The notes under the pieces were generated by a model. The model ran no database searches, was not told where the DNA came from, and worked only from the letters and a program-made list of their open reading frames with translations. Position numbers and translations under genes: made by a program. Positions 40,293 to 49,398 of a stretch of 64,000 bases of DNA are shown here, one piece after another; the stretch's first letter is position 1; the number at the start of each line of letters is the position of its first letter. The DNA is from a virus, in the IMG/VR virus record IMGVR_UViG_3300006040_000001, positions 36,695 through 100,694 of that record. The stretch is one strand, 5' to 3'.

Positions 40293-41150
40293 ATGGCAAA
40301 CTACATCCTGAACAGATATGAGACGTTAGACGCGATGGCGGCTCAATACTTATTAGCATTGGCTCTGCGCTGGAAAAAGCTAGAGGTCTGCATATTAACA
40401 CCGGAACTGCTACGCAGCGGATGTGAGATTGCATCTGCTGGTAACACAATCACTTATTTTACCCGTGACCCGATAGATCCAGCCAAACTACCAGCACATG
40501 AAGTTGCTATTAGCGTGCCGGAGAACGAGCATTTTCTCTGGGAGGTACTAGAGTATCCCGCCGTACAGGAATACATGGAGTGCGTCGAAATCCCAATCGC
40601 GTTACGGTACGTTATTGATTACGTATCAGGCAATCGCTATGCCGCTGATATTGATGCAATTGCGGCGTATATGACCAGCGGTCTACCCATGGAAAAACGC
40701 TCATGGGATTTGCTAGTGCAGTGCAATGATTTTGGTTTACGTCAGCACATTCCTACCGGCCTTAATCTGCTGCGATTAGAAAGACTGATTGCTAAACACT
40801 ATATGCCTACCATACGTACAGGTATTACGATAGATACCCCTGGGTTGCGTGTGGGTAGCGATACCGTAGAGATCTACTTAGTAGAAGCAGACCCTATTAC
40901 ACGTGAATATATCGTAAACCATATCAATGATACACAGCCAGATGCGGTAGCCGGTTATGTGGTTTACGAATCACAGACTGTTGCGGGTAAGCCTACACTC
41001 CCTGAAGGTGTTGAAGTGCCTTTAGAACCTTCAGTGCTGGCTATCTATTACTTTAAGTTCAGCACGCAAGCTGAAACGATCGCATTCGCTGCGCGTAATG
41101 GCCTACGTATGAACTTCGCAGGTTATATCACGTACACTAAGCTCAACTAA
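40293..41150 (+). CDS. Degenerate DHH/DHHA1-like protein (paralog 1)
   Basis: Distant similarity to 42107 (LWE...PIALRYVIDY...WDLL...G..L); no DHH motif. Confidence 0.45.
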   Translation: MANYILNRYETLDAMAAQYLLALALRWKKLEVCILTPELLRSGCEIASAGNTITYFTRDPIDPAKLPAHEVAISVPENEHFLWEVLEYPAVQEYMECVEIPIALRYVIDYVSGNRYAADIDAIAAYMTSGLPMEKRSWDLLVQCNDFGLRQHIPTGLNLLRLERLIAKHYMPTIRTGITIDTPGLRVGSDTVEIYLVEADPITREYIVNHINDTQPDAVAGYVVYESQTVAGKPTLPEGVEVPLEPSVLAIYYFKFSTQAETIAFAARNGLRMNFAGYITYTKLN

Positions 41151-41209
41151 TACAACAACACTAGAGTGTGCTAACCGCACACTCTACTAAACTACGAGGT
41201 TTAAAAAGA

Positions 41210-42097
41210 ATGTTACATCCCGTTGTTTTTCATAATGGCCGATCCGTACAGTTTATTGCTGCCTGGTTACTGGCCAATGTGTTACCTGAGTCCCCAGTGG
41301 AACTAGTAGAGTTAAAAGAACTAGTAAATAGCCCGGATGGCTATTTAGATGGCCGCACCGTGTATTTCGTAGGCGACGCACCTACGCCACAGCAACTAAC
41401 AAAATACTGTCAACTCACCGAACACACAGTACTAATAGGCTACGATACATACGGCGCACGGGGTAAGATTCATCCGATCCTAAAGCGTGTAACCCATGGT
41501 AGTGTGTACCCAGCCACTAACCGTGACATACTCAAAGGTGTGCTTAGCTACCTGCGTTCGACTAATCAAATCACAGACCAATGGCCAATCCCGGCGTTAG
41601 TCGCTGAACTAATACGCGACGATAACGAACTACGTGCCAGTTATATCTATCGCACTCTAGCCTGTGAGAAATTAACAGTAGATGCAGTAGCTGAGTTGAT
41701 GTCTTATACGGATCAGAATATCGAGTTGTTAATAGCCCCCGGTAAGGCACTTATGGCGCGCCACCGTGATTTCATCAGACGTACGTTAGAGAACGATGTC
41801 AGACCTCTAGATCTAGAGTCCATGGTGGTGTTAGGGTGTGGTACATCGCATATCTACGCGAGTTGTTTGGCGGAAGAGTTGGCACTGCGTAACATCGTAG
41901 GCGTCGCTTATTACGATACAGCGCAGTACCGTCATTATGAGATTCGTTTACAGGCAGTAGATGAGCATACTAATCTAGCTACGCATACAGCCACGATGCA
42001 GTCTTTAATTGCACTTAAGCTAAAGCATTCGGGTGTTGGTACTAACCACACGATGCGATTCCGCGTACCACGTACGCATAAACTAGCAACTATCTGA
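41210..42097 (+). CDS. Degenerate DHH/DHHA1-like protein (paralog 2)
   Basis: PVVFHNG..FIAAW, GRTVYFVG, GKALMARH, YAS.LAEELA, VAYYDT..RHYEIR; no DHH motif. Confidence 0.6.
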   Translation: MLHPVVFHNGRSVQFIAAWLLANVLPESPVELVELKELVNSPDGYLDGRTVYFVGDAPTPQQLTKYCQLTEHTVLIGYDTYGARGKIHPILKRVTHGSVYPATNRDILKGVLSYLRSTNQITDQWPIPALVAELIRDDNELRASYIYRTLACEKLTVDAVAELMSYTDQNIELLIAPGKALMARHRDFIRRTLENDVRPLDLESMVVLGCGTSHIYASCLAEELALRNIVGVAYYDTAQYRHYEIRLQAVDEHTNLATHTATMQSLIALKLKHSGVGTNHTMRFRVPRTHKLATI

Positions 42098-42106
42098 GTA
42101 ACTACC

Positions 42107-42943
42107 ATGTCTGAGAAAATGTTAATCTTATATCGCGGTAACCGTTTAGACCATATGTACGGTGCCGCTATTGTAGCTTCATGGACTAATAATAACCATG
42201 AGATAGTCCGTCTAGAGCACGGTGAACCATTACCTGACGTGACAGGTCGCGACGTGTTCCTAATCAACGTCGTGGTAGACCCTGACGATATCACACGCAT
42301 GGTTGCTACTGCCCGTGTTGTACTGTTCGCCGGTAACTCCGTGCGCGCCTTAGCTAATTTAGCTGAGCACGATACTGAAAACAAAGTACACGTACAGACG
42401 GATCCATCACACTCAACCGCGGTTATGCTCTGGACTAAACTCTACGGGCACAACTACCCTACGGTACTGACTTACTTAGATGAATATTACTTCAATCGCA
42501 GTGAGTTACCTAACAGCACGCACATGCTAGCAGCGCTACGCCACGAACCATGCACGGTCGAGAACGTAGAGCGGTTGATGGCGTTAGATGAGGACGGCTT
42601 AGATTCGTTGCGATACTTAGGGCGAATTGCTTATGAAGCGCACGTACGGGCATGTAGCTCTATTACGCATACCAACCTACGTTACGCTACCGTAGAAGGT
42701 CAGTTAGTGCCGGTGTGTAACGCTCCAGCACACTGTGCTACTGAGATATCACGTCTTATTTTAGGTAACTACCCGTTCTCTGTGGTGTATTACGATACGG
42801 TACGGGGACGTCGTTATTTATTACGTAAGGGTCAACGTAGTGACGTGGACATCTGCGCTGTGGCAGCTCGCCACGGAGGTAAAGGTAATCTTAACACGGC
42901 TACTTTTACCACTGAATTAAATAGCCCATTTGGCATCAACTAA
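42107..42943 (+). CDS. Degenerate DHH/DHHA1 phosphoesterase-like protein (paralog 3)
   Basis: LILYRGNRLDHMYGAA, PDVTGRDVFLI, VPVCNAP, PFSVVYYDT..GRRYLLR, DVDICAVAARHGGKGNLNTATF; collinear with phage DHH-DHHA1 enzymes. Confidence 0.75.
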   Translation: MSEKMLILYRGNRLDHMYGAAIVASWTNNNHEIVRLEHGEPLPDVTGRDVFLINVVVDPDDITRMVATARVVLFAGNSVRALANLAEHDTENKVHVQTDPSHSTAVMLWTKLYGHNYPTVLTYLDEYYFNRSELPNSTHMLAALRHEPCTVENVERLMALDEDGLDSLRYLGRIAYEAHVRACSSITHTNLRYATVEGQLVPVCNAPAHCATEISRLILGNYPFSVVYYDTVRGRRYLLRKGQRSDVDICAVAARHGGKGNLNTATFTTELNSPFGIN

Positions 42944-42957
42944 AAGCGTTACAGATA

Positions 42958-42965
42958 TATATTAC
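42958..42965 (+). promoter_or_regulatory. Early promoter
   Basis: Exact phiKZ early consensus TATATTAC, in the context AGATATATATTAC. Confidence 0.65.
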
Positions 42966-43005
42966 TAACCAGTAACACTGTGCTATACTCATTACAGGAG
43001 ACGCT

Positions 43006-44850
43006 ATGAATAGCCCTTACGATCCGATCAGTAACCAACCGCAGTTTCGCGGCGCACCGGGTAATATTCCGTTTACGCCAAATATCCAGTGTTCGCCGAA
43101 CATGGTCAGCTATGTTGCACCGGTCATGGGTAATTTAATTAGCATCATCCAGCGCGAAGGTGATGCTAACTTACTCAGACAGACGTTGTTCTACGAATGC
43201 CGGGGCTTAGATACATACCAGATGTACAACACGCCGTTTTTCTTAGACTTACTCGGTAAGACCGTGGATATCTTAGAAATGCGTTTGGCTTATCAACCAA
43301 ACGTAGACGTCGGACGTGCATTAGTGGATACCTGCACTGAAATGTGTGCATACCATGCCGCGATGATGTTAACGCATAACACGCCGCATGGTTATTTAAC
43401 GCAAGAACAGATTAATAACTGTCAGCAAGCCGTAAACGAATATCGCCAACTAGAGCAACAAGCAGCGATTTACTTTACACCACAACAACAACAATATCCG
43501 CAGCAGCAACAGCAATCGCTATATCGCACCAGCGCGCCTATGGGCAACGGTAGTGGTGGGTATGTACCGCCGTATAACCCAGGCGGGCAACAACAGCCTG
43601 TACGGCAGTCTGGGCTAGGTTCAGGCGGGCCAGTATCGCCATTAGCCCAAGTGCAAGCTATTCCAGTGGTAGCGCCTGCGCCAGCTGCTCGTCAGCAGAC
43701 CGTAGTAGTGCCATTAGCTACCGCTCCATCAGTAGTAGTGCCTATGGCTGAACGACCTGTAGTGGTACAGGCTTTACGTGAATCCGGCGGTCTACATGAC
43801 TACATCGGGTACGCACTACCTGCTGCGTTTAGCGCAGACTATCAAATCGCCGTTTATCGCCGTTCGGGTACTACGTATCGGATGCAGGTGATTAACATAG
43901 AGGACGTGACCATGGACTATAAACTCCACTGTACCGAACATTTGTTGAAGAACCGCACTACTCATTACGAAACTGCTGACTTTACAGCTATCCGGCAGGA
44001 AGCAGCCTACCGCGCATCTATCGAAGCAATGTTAGCCGAGATGTCCGCTAAGTCTGTGGTAGGTGGTATCGACAGTACGCATCAATATGAAATCGTACGT
44101 TTCTACGATCCCGTATTGATTGAACGCGGTAAGCAACCGCACGATATGGTGCGTGATGAGTTAGCTGTCCGCGATGTTAATATTGATTTTGCAGCACAGG
44201 CCGTAGTATTTACCGTAGTAAGTTTTAACAGCGACTTTTATACTGATGAGGCAGCCAATGCATTATTAAGTATCAACAAAGCCGTAGACTTTATAGACTT
44301 AAAACGATTAGTGATGCAAGCCAAACCGCTAATGAATCCGCATGCATTCGGATTATTGAATCGTGAGCTAACCAATCACGTAAACGAGTTACTGGCGTGT
44401 TCTATGAACGACCCGGCTACGATCAACTCATACGTGGATGATATTGTCGATTTACACGATTACCTCACTACAGATTATCCAGAGGTGATGGATAAACTGA
44501 ATGCGGTGGGGCTAACGCGTATATTAGATACTACAGCTAATGTAGAGTCTGGTGTGCTTTATAGCGAGTTCTACGAAGGCGGTAATACCAATCCCCGCTT
44601 TAGTGAGTTCGAAACCTGGATCTTTATTCCGTTACCGGCAGCTGCTATCTCGCTATCGGGCTACAACGAAACAGTCGAAGCCAATCGCTCTAATACCCCA
44701 GAGCTATTTGATCTGCTGGAGAACACTCGTGCGTTATCCTCGCCGAATATTCGCCGCACTCGACTCATTACGCTGGATGGCGAAACGCTATGGGTATTCC
44801 GTAGCACTGACTCACAGCGTTATGTAGTATCGACGCATAAAGACTTTTAA
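43006..44850 (+). CDS. Hypothetical protein with central Q/P/G-rich disordered linker
   Basis: AGGAG RBS; 614 aa; PQQQQYPQQQQQ...PGGQQQP. Confidence 0.7.
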   Translation: MNSPYDPISNQPQFRGAPGNIPFTPNIQCSPNMVSYVAPVMGNLISIIQREGDANLLRQTLFYECRGLDTYQMYNTPFFLDLLGKTVDILEMRLAYQPNVDVGRALVDTCTEMCAYHAAMMLTHNTPHGYLTQEQINNCQQAVNEYRQLEQQAAIYFTPQQQQYPQQQQQSLYRTSAPMGNGSGGYVPPYNPGGQQQPVRQSGLGSGGPVSPLAQVQAIPVVAPAPAARQQTVVVPLATAPSVVVPMAERPVVVQALRESGGLHDYIGYALPAAFSADYQIAVYRRSGTTYRMQVINIEDVTMDYKLHCTEHLLKNRTTHYETADFTAIRQEAAYRASIEAMLAEMSAKSVVGGIDSTHQYEIVRFYDPVLIERGKQPHDMVRDELAVRDVNIDFAAQAVVFTVVSFNSDFYTDEAANALLSINKAVDFIDLKRLVMQAKPLMNPHAFGLLNRELTNHVNELLACSMNDPATINSYVDDIVDLHDYLTTDYPEVMDKLNAVGLTRILDTTANVESGVLYSEFYEGGNTNPRFSEFETWIFIPLPAAAISLSGYNETVEANRSNTPELFDLLENTRALSSPNIRRTRLITLDGETLWVFRSTDSQRYVVSTHKDF

Positions 44851-44858
44851 TAGTTCGG

Positions 44859-44887
44859 TAGTAACGGAGCGTAACGCTCCGTTACTA
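44859..44887. repeat. Palindrome with 1-nt spacer
   Basis: TAGTAACGGAGCGT-A-ACGCTCCGTTACTA. Confidence 0.8.
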
Positions 44888-44900
44888 GTAGGGTATTAAG

Positions 44901-45065
44901 ATGGAAACCGTAAACAGATTTAAAAACTCAAAGGCCGTAAAGGCGCTAGAGCGACTAGCCCGTGAAGAATCGTTACACCAACCCACCGGGTATCCAGTCG
45001 CTAAAGCCATGGCTGATTTACTTAAAAGACAGATGAGTAAATCTACTCAAGCACCAACTACTTAA
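44901..45065 (+). CDS. Small basic hypothetical protein (54 aa, not in the ORF track)
   Basis: METVNRFKNSKAVKALERLAREE...; fills the intergenic gap. Confidence 0.45.
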   Translation: METVNRFKNSKAVKALERLAREESLHQPTGYPVAKAMADLLKRQMSKSTQAPTT

Positions 45066-45096
45066 ACACTCATTAACTTAATAGGACACTCCCCCT

Positions 45097-45996
45097 ATGC
45101 GTAACATCGTTTTAAAATCTAATGGCGCTAGCGTATTACTAGCCACAGCAATCATCTTACGCGCAGCCGATCTGTATAGTGACCTACCTGCTGAGGTCAT
45201 GACTCATAGCGAAATCTGTAACTTACATGCGCCTGCGCGGGTTTACTGTTTTGGAACCACCCAACCAGCTGTACGTGCACTGCTATCAGCTAAACACACC
45301 GTAGTGTGCTTTAATGTAGAAGATACCTTCGTCACCACCGATATACTTAATCATCCTAATTGCCGTCGCGTTACGCGCTCTGATACAGAGCTACTACCCA
45401 CCTGCGTGTGGCAGTATATGTTCAAAGAACCACTACCCTGGGTGGTTAAGTTACTGCAATCGGTAGATAAAGATGATCGTGAGTCAGATGCCTCTCGTGC
45501 CTTTACAGCAATCATTGCCGATCTGGAATGTAATGCTTCGGTACGTTACGCCGATACGCTATTGGATCTTGATGCTAGTGCGTTAGATAAATATGTGTTT
45601 GCTGGTCAACTAGTGAAATACAAATCTAATAAACAGTTACGGACGTACGCGCGCTTTACAGAGCGTACGATGCAGTTGGGGTCATTAACGTTTGGTATTG
45701 TACAACGCGGTTTATACCCAGACCGCACGCTAGTACGCGTATATGCTCAGCACGGGCTTACTAAACCCAACCTAGCTGGTACGATCGTACGCACCAATCG
45801 GCCAACAGATGATCCTGACGTTAACCCAGCACATCATGCACGGTTTACGATTACGCTAAAGCCACAGCCGAACGGCGATGATCTAAGTGTGATCCATGCA
45901 GCGTGTTTAGCGATTAATCCAAAGACCGTTATCGACCCGACTTCAGATCAGATCATTTTACGCGTACCACCTACACATCCATTATTTAATGCATAA
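45097..45996 (+). CDS. Degenerate DHH/DHHA1-like protein (paralog 4)
   Basis: IVLKSNG..LLATA, RVYCFG, VWQYMFKEPLPWVVKLL, LLDLDASALDKY..AG; no DHH motif. Confidence 0.5.
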   Translation: MRNIVLKSNGASVLLATAIILRAADLYSDLPAEVMTHSEICNLHAPARVYCFGTTQPAVRALLSAKHTVVCFNVEDTFVTTDILNHPNCRRVTRSDTELLPTCVWQYMFKEPLPWVVKLLQSVDKDDRESDASRAFTAIIADLECNASVRYADTLLDLDASALDKYVFAGQLVKYKSNKQLRTYARFTERTMQLGSLTFGIVQRGLYPDRTLVRVYAQHGLTKPNLAGTIVRTNRPTDDPDVNPAHHARFTITLKPQPNGDDLSVIHAACLAINPKTVIDPTSDQIILRVPPTHPLFNA

Positions 45997-46012
45997 CTCT
46001 TAAGGAACTATT

Positions 46013-46207
46013 ATGGCCGTACTAAAGGATCTATACCGTCGCGGTATTTTAGTCAAACGCAGTCCATGTAGTAATGCGTCGCTGTATCCGTTTAAGATAA
46101 CCTACACTGAACGGGTTGGCACACCTTATGCTAAACTGATGGATGATTGGGTATCGCTATCTGTGATAAAACCCTATAACAACGATTTCACACTACAGGA
46201 ATTATAA
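46013..46207 (+). CDS. Small hypothetical protein
   Basis: AAGGA RBS. Confidence 0.45.
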   Translation: MAVLKDLYRRGILVKRSPCSNASLYPFKITYTERVGTPYAKLMDDWVSLSVIKPYNNDFTLQEL

Positions 46208-46209
46208 CT

Positions 46210-46482
46210 ATGCCATCTATTGATACTAATACACTCGCCGCGACTATCCCGACATCGCTATCAGGTGCTGCTATCGATGTGCTATATAAATTAGCATTAC
46301 ACGGCGGTCAGAATGACGGTGATCTACCGTCTAAATCAGGCATGACTGAACTAATCCAGCGCGGTCTCGCTTACAAAGACTATGCTGAAAGTATTACAGG
46401 GCATAGTAACTTCATTACTGAAGCCGGTGCCGCGTATTATAAACATCTGATCAATCAGAAGATTGCTGCTCAACTGAGTTAA
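46210..46482 (+). CDS. Small winged-helix-like phage protein
   Basis: LSGAAIDVLYKL...DGDLPSKSG..ELIQRGLA...ITEAG pattern. Confidence 0.5.
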   Translation: MPSIDTNTLAATIPTSLSGAAIDVLYKLALHGGQNDGDLPSKSGMTELIQRGLAYKDYAESITGHSNFITEAGAAYYKHLINQKIAAQLS

Positions 46483-46489
46483 TACCCAC

Positions 46490-46512
46490 TGCTAGGCGTA
46501 TTACGCCTAGCA
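46490..46512. repeat. Palindrome with 1-nt spacer
   Basis: TGCTAGGCGTA-T-TACGCCTAGCA. Confidence 0.75.
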
Positions 46513-46530
46513 TCATTTAAGGATACCTAC

Positions 46531-47220
46531 ATGAGTTTAATGTCAGATCGTCAAATAGCCCGCGCATGTAATTTTAACTATACTCAAGATGGCTTTAAGC
46601 CGTCGTCAGAACTAGTCCCTAAGGGCGCGCTAGTTAAACAATCCGCACCTATGATTACGCCATTCGTACCTATGCAGGTGCGTGCGATAACCACACACCG
46701 TGTAACAGAACCGAGCTCGATACGTAAGATCGTTAGCTTCGGGTTAAGTTCCTACGGATACGATGTTAGACTAGGCGATAAGTTTAAAATGTTTGCCTTA
46801 GTGAACCAAGACGGCTATGGTCTACAGCACGTACCGCTCGACCCGCTCGATACACAAGAACGTGACTATATCGATGTTAAACCAGATGCCGAAGGCGCCG
46901 TTACAATACCTCCAGGCGGTATATTATTGGGACATACCTTGGAATATTTTAATATGCCGAATGATGTACTAGCCGTGTGTATGGGTAAGTCCACGTATGC
47001 CCGTTTGGGAATAAACGTACTGGTTACCCCGCTCGAACCGGGATGGTGTGGTAGTTTGGTGGTCGAAATGCATAATGGAAACACACGCCCTGTTAAAGTA
47101 TACGCCGGTATGGGTATTGCACAGTTGGTATTTATGCGTGGCGAACCTCCAACGGTTACCTACGCTGACCGTGACGGAAAATATCAGGCGCAAACGGGGG
47201 TTACCTTAGCCAAATGTTAA
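46531..47220 (+). CDS. dcd: dCTP deaminase
   Basis: SFGLSSYGYDVRL, GKSTYARLG, TPLEPGW.G, GIAQL, YADRDGKYQ.Q.GVT. Confidence 0.93.
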   Translation: MSLMSDRQIARACNFNYTQDGFKPSSELVPKGALVKQSAPMITPFVPMQVRAITTHRVTEPSSIRKIVSFGLSSYGYDVRLGDKFKMFALVNQDGYGLQHVPLDPLDTQERDYIDVKPDAEGAVTIPPGGILLGHTLEYFNMPNDVLAVCMGKSTYARLGINVLVTPLEPGWCGSLVVEMHNGNTRPVKVYAGMGIAQLVFMRGEPPTVTYADRDGKYQAQTGVTLAKC

Positions 47221-47232
47221 TAAGGTGGAAAT

Positions 47233-47961
47233 ATGAAATGGGAATTATACGTACCGTTTTCAAAAGGCGGTAGATTTATAAATCCATTCAAAGATGTGGC
47301 GGGGTGTTATATATTAACGCACCTCCCCACTGGTCGTTTTTACGTAGGCAGTACTGACAATTTACCTAGGCGTGTATCGCAGCATATTACCACGCTTAAA
47401 TATAGAACACATACTAATCGTAAGCTATTGGAAGTATATGTTTTAGGAGATAAACTTCAAATTGAGGTATCTCGGTGCGTGGGCATAAGTGAAGCAGCTA
47501 AACTAGAGCAATGTGTTGTAGACAAACACGTAGATGATCCATTACTTTGTAATATCGCTATTAAGGACGTTACTAAATCTAGTTACGGATTGCCGGTTAC
47601 ACAGGAGAGGCGAGCACACCTACGGAAGTTAAATCTAGGCAATGTAGTTACTTCTGAGACTCGTGAGAAATTACGTTTAGCCAATATTGGTAAAACACTT
47701 ACACCGGAGCATAGGGTAAAAATAGGAGATAGTAATAAGCTACGGTACACTACGCCGGACGGTAAACGCACTATAGCAGTTGCGCAGCGCATAGCTACAG
47801 AGGCGACTTTAAAGCCAATTCAGATAGGCGAGGATATCTATCTAAGTGGCTGTGACGCCGCCAGAGCCCTTAACGTATCGTCTACAACGATATATTATCG
47901 TCTGAACAGGCCAAAACAATACCCGGATTATAGACGCATAATCCAAAATACCGAGGTGTAA
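47233..47961 (+). CDS. Free-standing GIY-YIG homing endonuclease with NUMOD3 repeats
   Basis: GCYILTH...FYVGST..L.RR..H; SETREKLRLANIGKTLTPEHRVKIG; C-terminal HTH. Confidence 0.85.
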   Translation: MKWELYVPFSKGGRFINPFKDVAGCYILTHLPTGRFYVGSTDNLPRRVSQHITTLKYRTHTNRKLLEVYVLGDKLQIEVSRCVGISEAAKLEQCVVDKHVDDPLLCNIAIKDVTKSSYGLPVTQERRAHLRKLNLGNVVTSETREKLRLANIGKTLTPEHRVKIGDSNKLRYTTPDGKRTIAVAQRIATEATLKPIQIGEDIYLSGCDAARALNVSSTTIYYRLNRPKQYPDYRRIIQNTEV

Positions 47962-47964
47962 GTC

Positions 47965-48162
47965 ATGATGCGGTCATATATCGAAGCGCAGTATCGCGCG
48001 TGGATGTTTTTAATACGGTGGGTAATACTACCCACCGTATGGATTTTAATATTAACGCTAGTCTGGATTATCTGGGTAACCTATAATTCAGGCACTGATA
48101 CTTTTACCGATGTGTTAGGTTATTATATAACACGACTATTATCATTTATGTTAGAGCATTAG
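47965..48162 (+). CDS. Small membrane protein
   Basis: Hydrophobic WVILPTVWILILTLVWIIWV. Confidence 0.5.
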   Translation: MMRSYIEAQYRAWMFLIRWVILPTVWILILTLVWIIWVTYNSGTDTFTDVLGYYITRLLSFMLEH

Positions 48163-48176
48163 CAAAGGAGCTACAC

Positions 48177-48509
48177 ATGGACATAGTAACCGTTGTATTA
48201 CTATTGGCGTTGGCTGTAGTGGCGTATCGCCAACACATCGTAGCGCTATTGGACGAGTTTGAGTTAATCAACGGACCAGTCATCTACTTAAATACGGAGG
48301 CTATAGCTACTTATAGACATCGTGAGTTAAGAGACGTATTGATTCGCGTAGAATTAGGCAAAGGGTCTAAGCTGTCCGTGGTTTATTTTAAGGCACCGCT
48401 TTACTTTAAAGAAGTAACGCCTAATAAACAACAACGCTTATTAAAGCGTACAGCCCGTATTTCTGGGATGCGTGTAAAGACCATTAACCAAATTGACTAC
48501 GTTAGATAG
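48177..48509 (+). CDS. Small protein with N-terminal membrane anchor
   Basis: AAGGAG RBS; IVTVVLLLALAVVAY. Confidence 0.6.
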   Translation: MDIVTVVLLLALAVVAYRQHIVALLDEFELINGPVIYLNTEAIATYRHRELRDVLIRVELGKGSKLSVVYFKAPLYFKEVTPNKQQRLLKRTARISGMRVKTINQIDYVR

Positions 48510-48519
48510 TCCACCGTAC

Positions 48520-48551
48520 GCCAGTGCTCCTAGGAGCACTGGCACTATGCC
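48520..48551 (+). terminator. Perfect 24-bp palindrome plus TATGCC
   Basis: GCCAGTGCTCCT|AGGAGCACTGGC-AC-TATGCC. Confidence 0.65.
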
Positions 48552-48578
48552 CTCATTATAAACCCACTGGAATCAATC

Positions 48579-49304
48579 ATGTCTAAGCCTTACACTAAAG
48601 CACAACTGTTCTTGTTACAATCCGCAGATTGGCCACGTATCGTGTTACAGCAAACCAATATACTGGCCACTCATATGCAAGCCTCGGTAGCCTACCCAGG
48701 CGCTCTACGGTCTGCGCCTACGCCCTATATCTCCGTGCTATACGATACAGGGTTAGCCATATTAGCAAACACCGGTATCCGTAGTTATGCCCACGGACTA
48801 TACCAAGGTCAAGAACTGCATTGGGATACGGCCGAACAGCTACATCTTTGGCTATATCCGCATTTAGCGCATTTACGCCCGCCACTATCGGCCGAATCGC
48901 ATGACTGTTTCTATAAGCCATTAACTCTGCTGATGTATCCAGGTATGTTGTCGTATGAAGCAGTGATTGCTGACCTACCGTATCCGTTAGGTAATGTGCG
49001 CGTATCTAATATCGCTACGTTGCGGAAACGATACCAGTCAGCTTATCTACAGCTATGCTATTTTACTAAGCGCGGCATTATTAATACCGCTGATATGCTG
49101 ATAGACCATGAAGATGTATATGCGTGTATGTACGCGTTAACATCTACTTCGGTGCGTGGCAGCTATATCGTCTATAAGGACAATCGTTTCGTTAACGACT
49201 GCCTAAACGACATCTATGGTATCGATGGTAAAGAACTTAACGTAGGGGTACGCCGCCGCACCCTAGCGGAGCTGAAAGCATATCTAGGGCTACCTAATAT
49301 CTGA
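48579..49304 (+). CDS. Hypothetical protein
   Basis: 241-aa ORF with GGA RBS. Confidence 0.55.
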   Translation: MSKPYTKAQLFLLQSADWPRIVLQQTNILATHMQASVAYPGALRSAPTPYISVLYDTGLAILANTGIRSYAHGLYQGQELHWDTAEQLHLWLYPHLAHLRPPLSAESHDCFYKPLTLLMYPGMLSYEAVIADLPYPLGNVRVSNIATLRKRYQSAYLQLCYFTKRGIINTADMLIDHEDVYACMYALTSTSVRGSYIVYKDNRFVNDCLNDIYGIDGKELNVGVRRRTLAELKAYLGLPNI

Positions 49305-49307
49305 GAC

Positions 49308-49398
49308 TCCAATTAATCTCAGATACATATTACCTAAGTGAGAGAAGAACTAAGCCCATCTTCCCTCACCTCACTTTAACTGGGCTGGAGTTACAATC
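49308..49398 (+). promoter_or_regulatory. Early promoter plus pseudoknotted 5' leader, copy 2
   Basis: CATATTAC at 49326-49333; loop AGCCCA pairs with TGGGCT at 49381-49386; GGAG SD at 49387. Confidence 0.75.

Noticed and set aside
30682-47961. GIY-YIG genes as group I intron-encoded ORFs
   Set aside because: Flanking dnaB and dcd appear complete with their C-terminal motifs, and there is no room for intron core structure (12 bp between dcd and the HEG)
27980-49398. 49-bp direct repeats as att sites or ends of a 21-kb mobile element
   Set aside because: The intervening DNA holds core essential genes (helicase, capsid, RNAP subunit) in conserved order, and no recombinase is present
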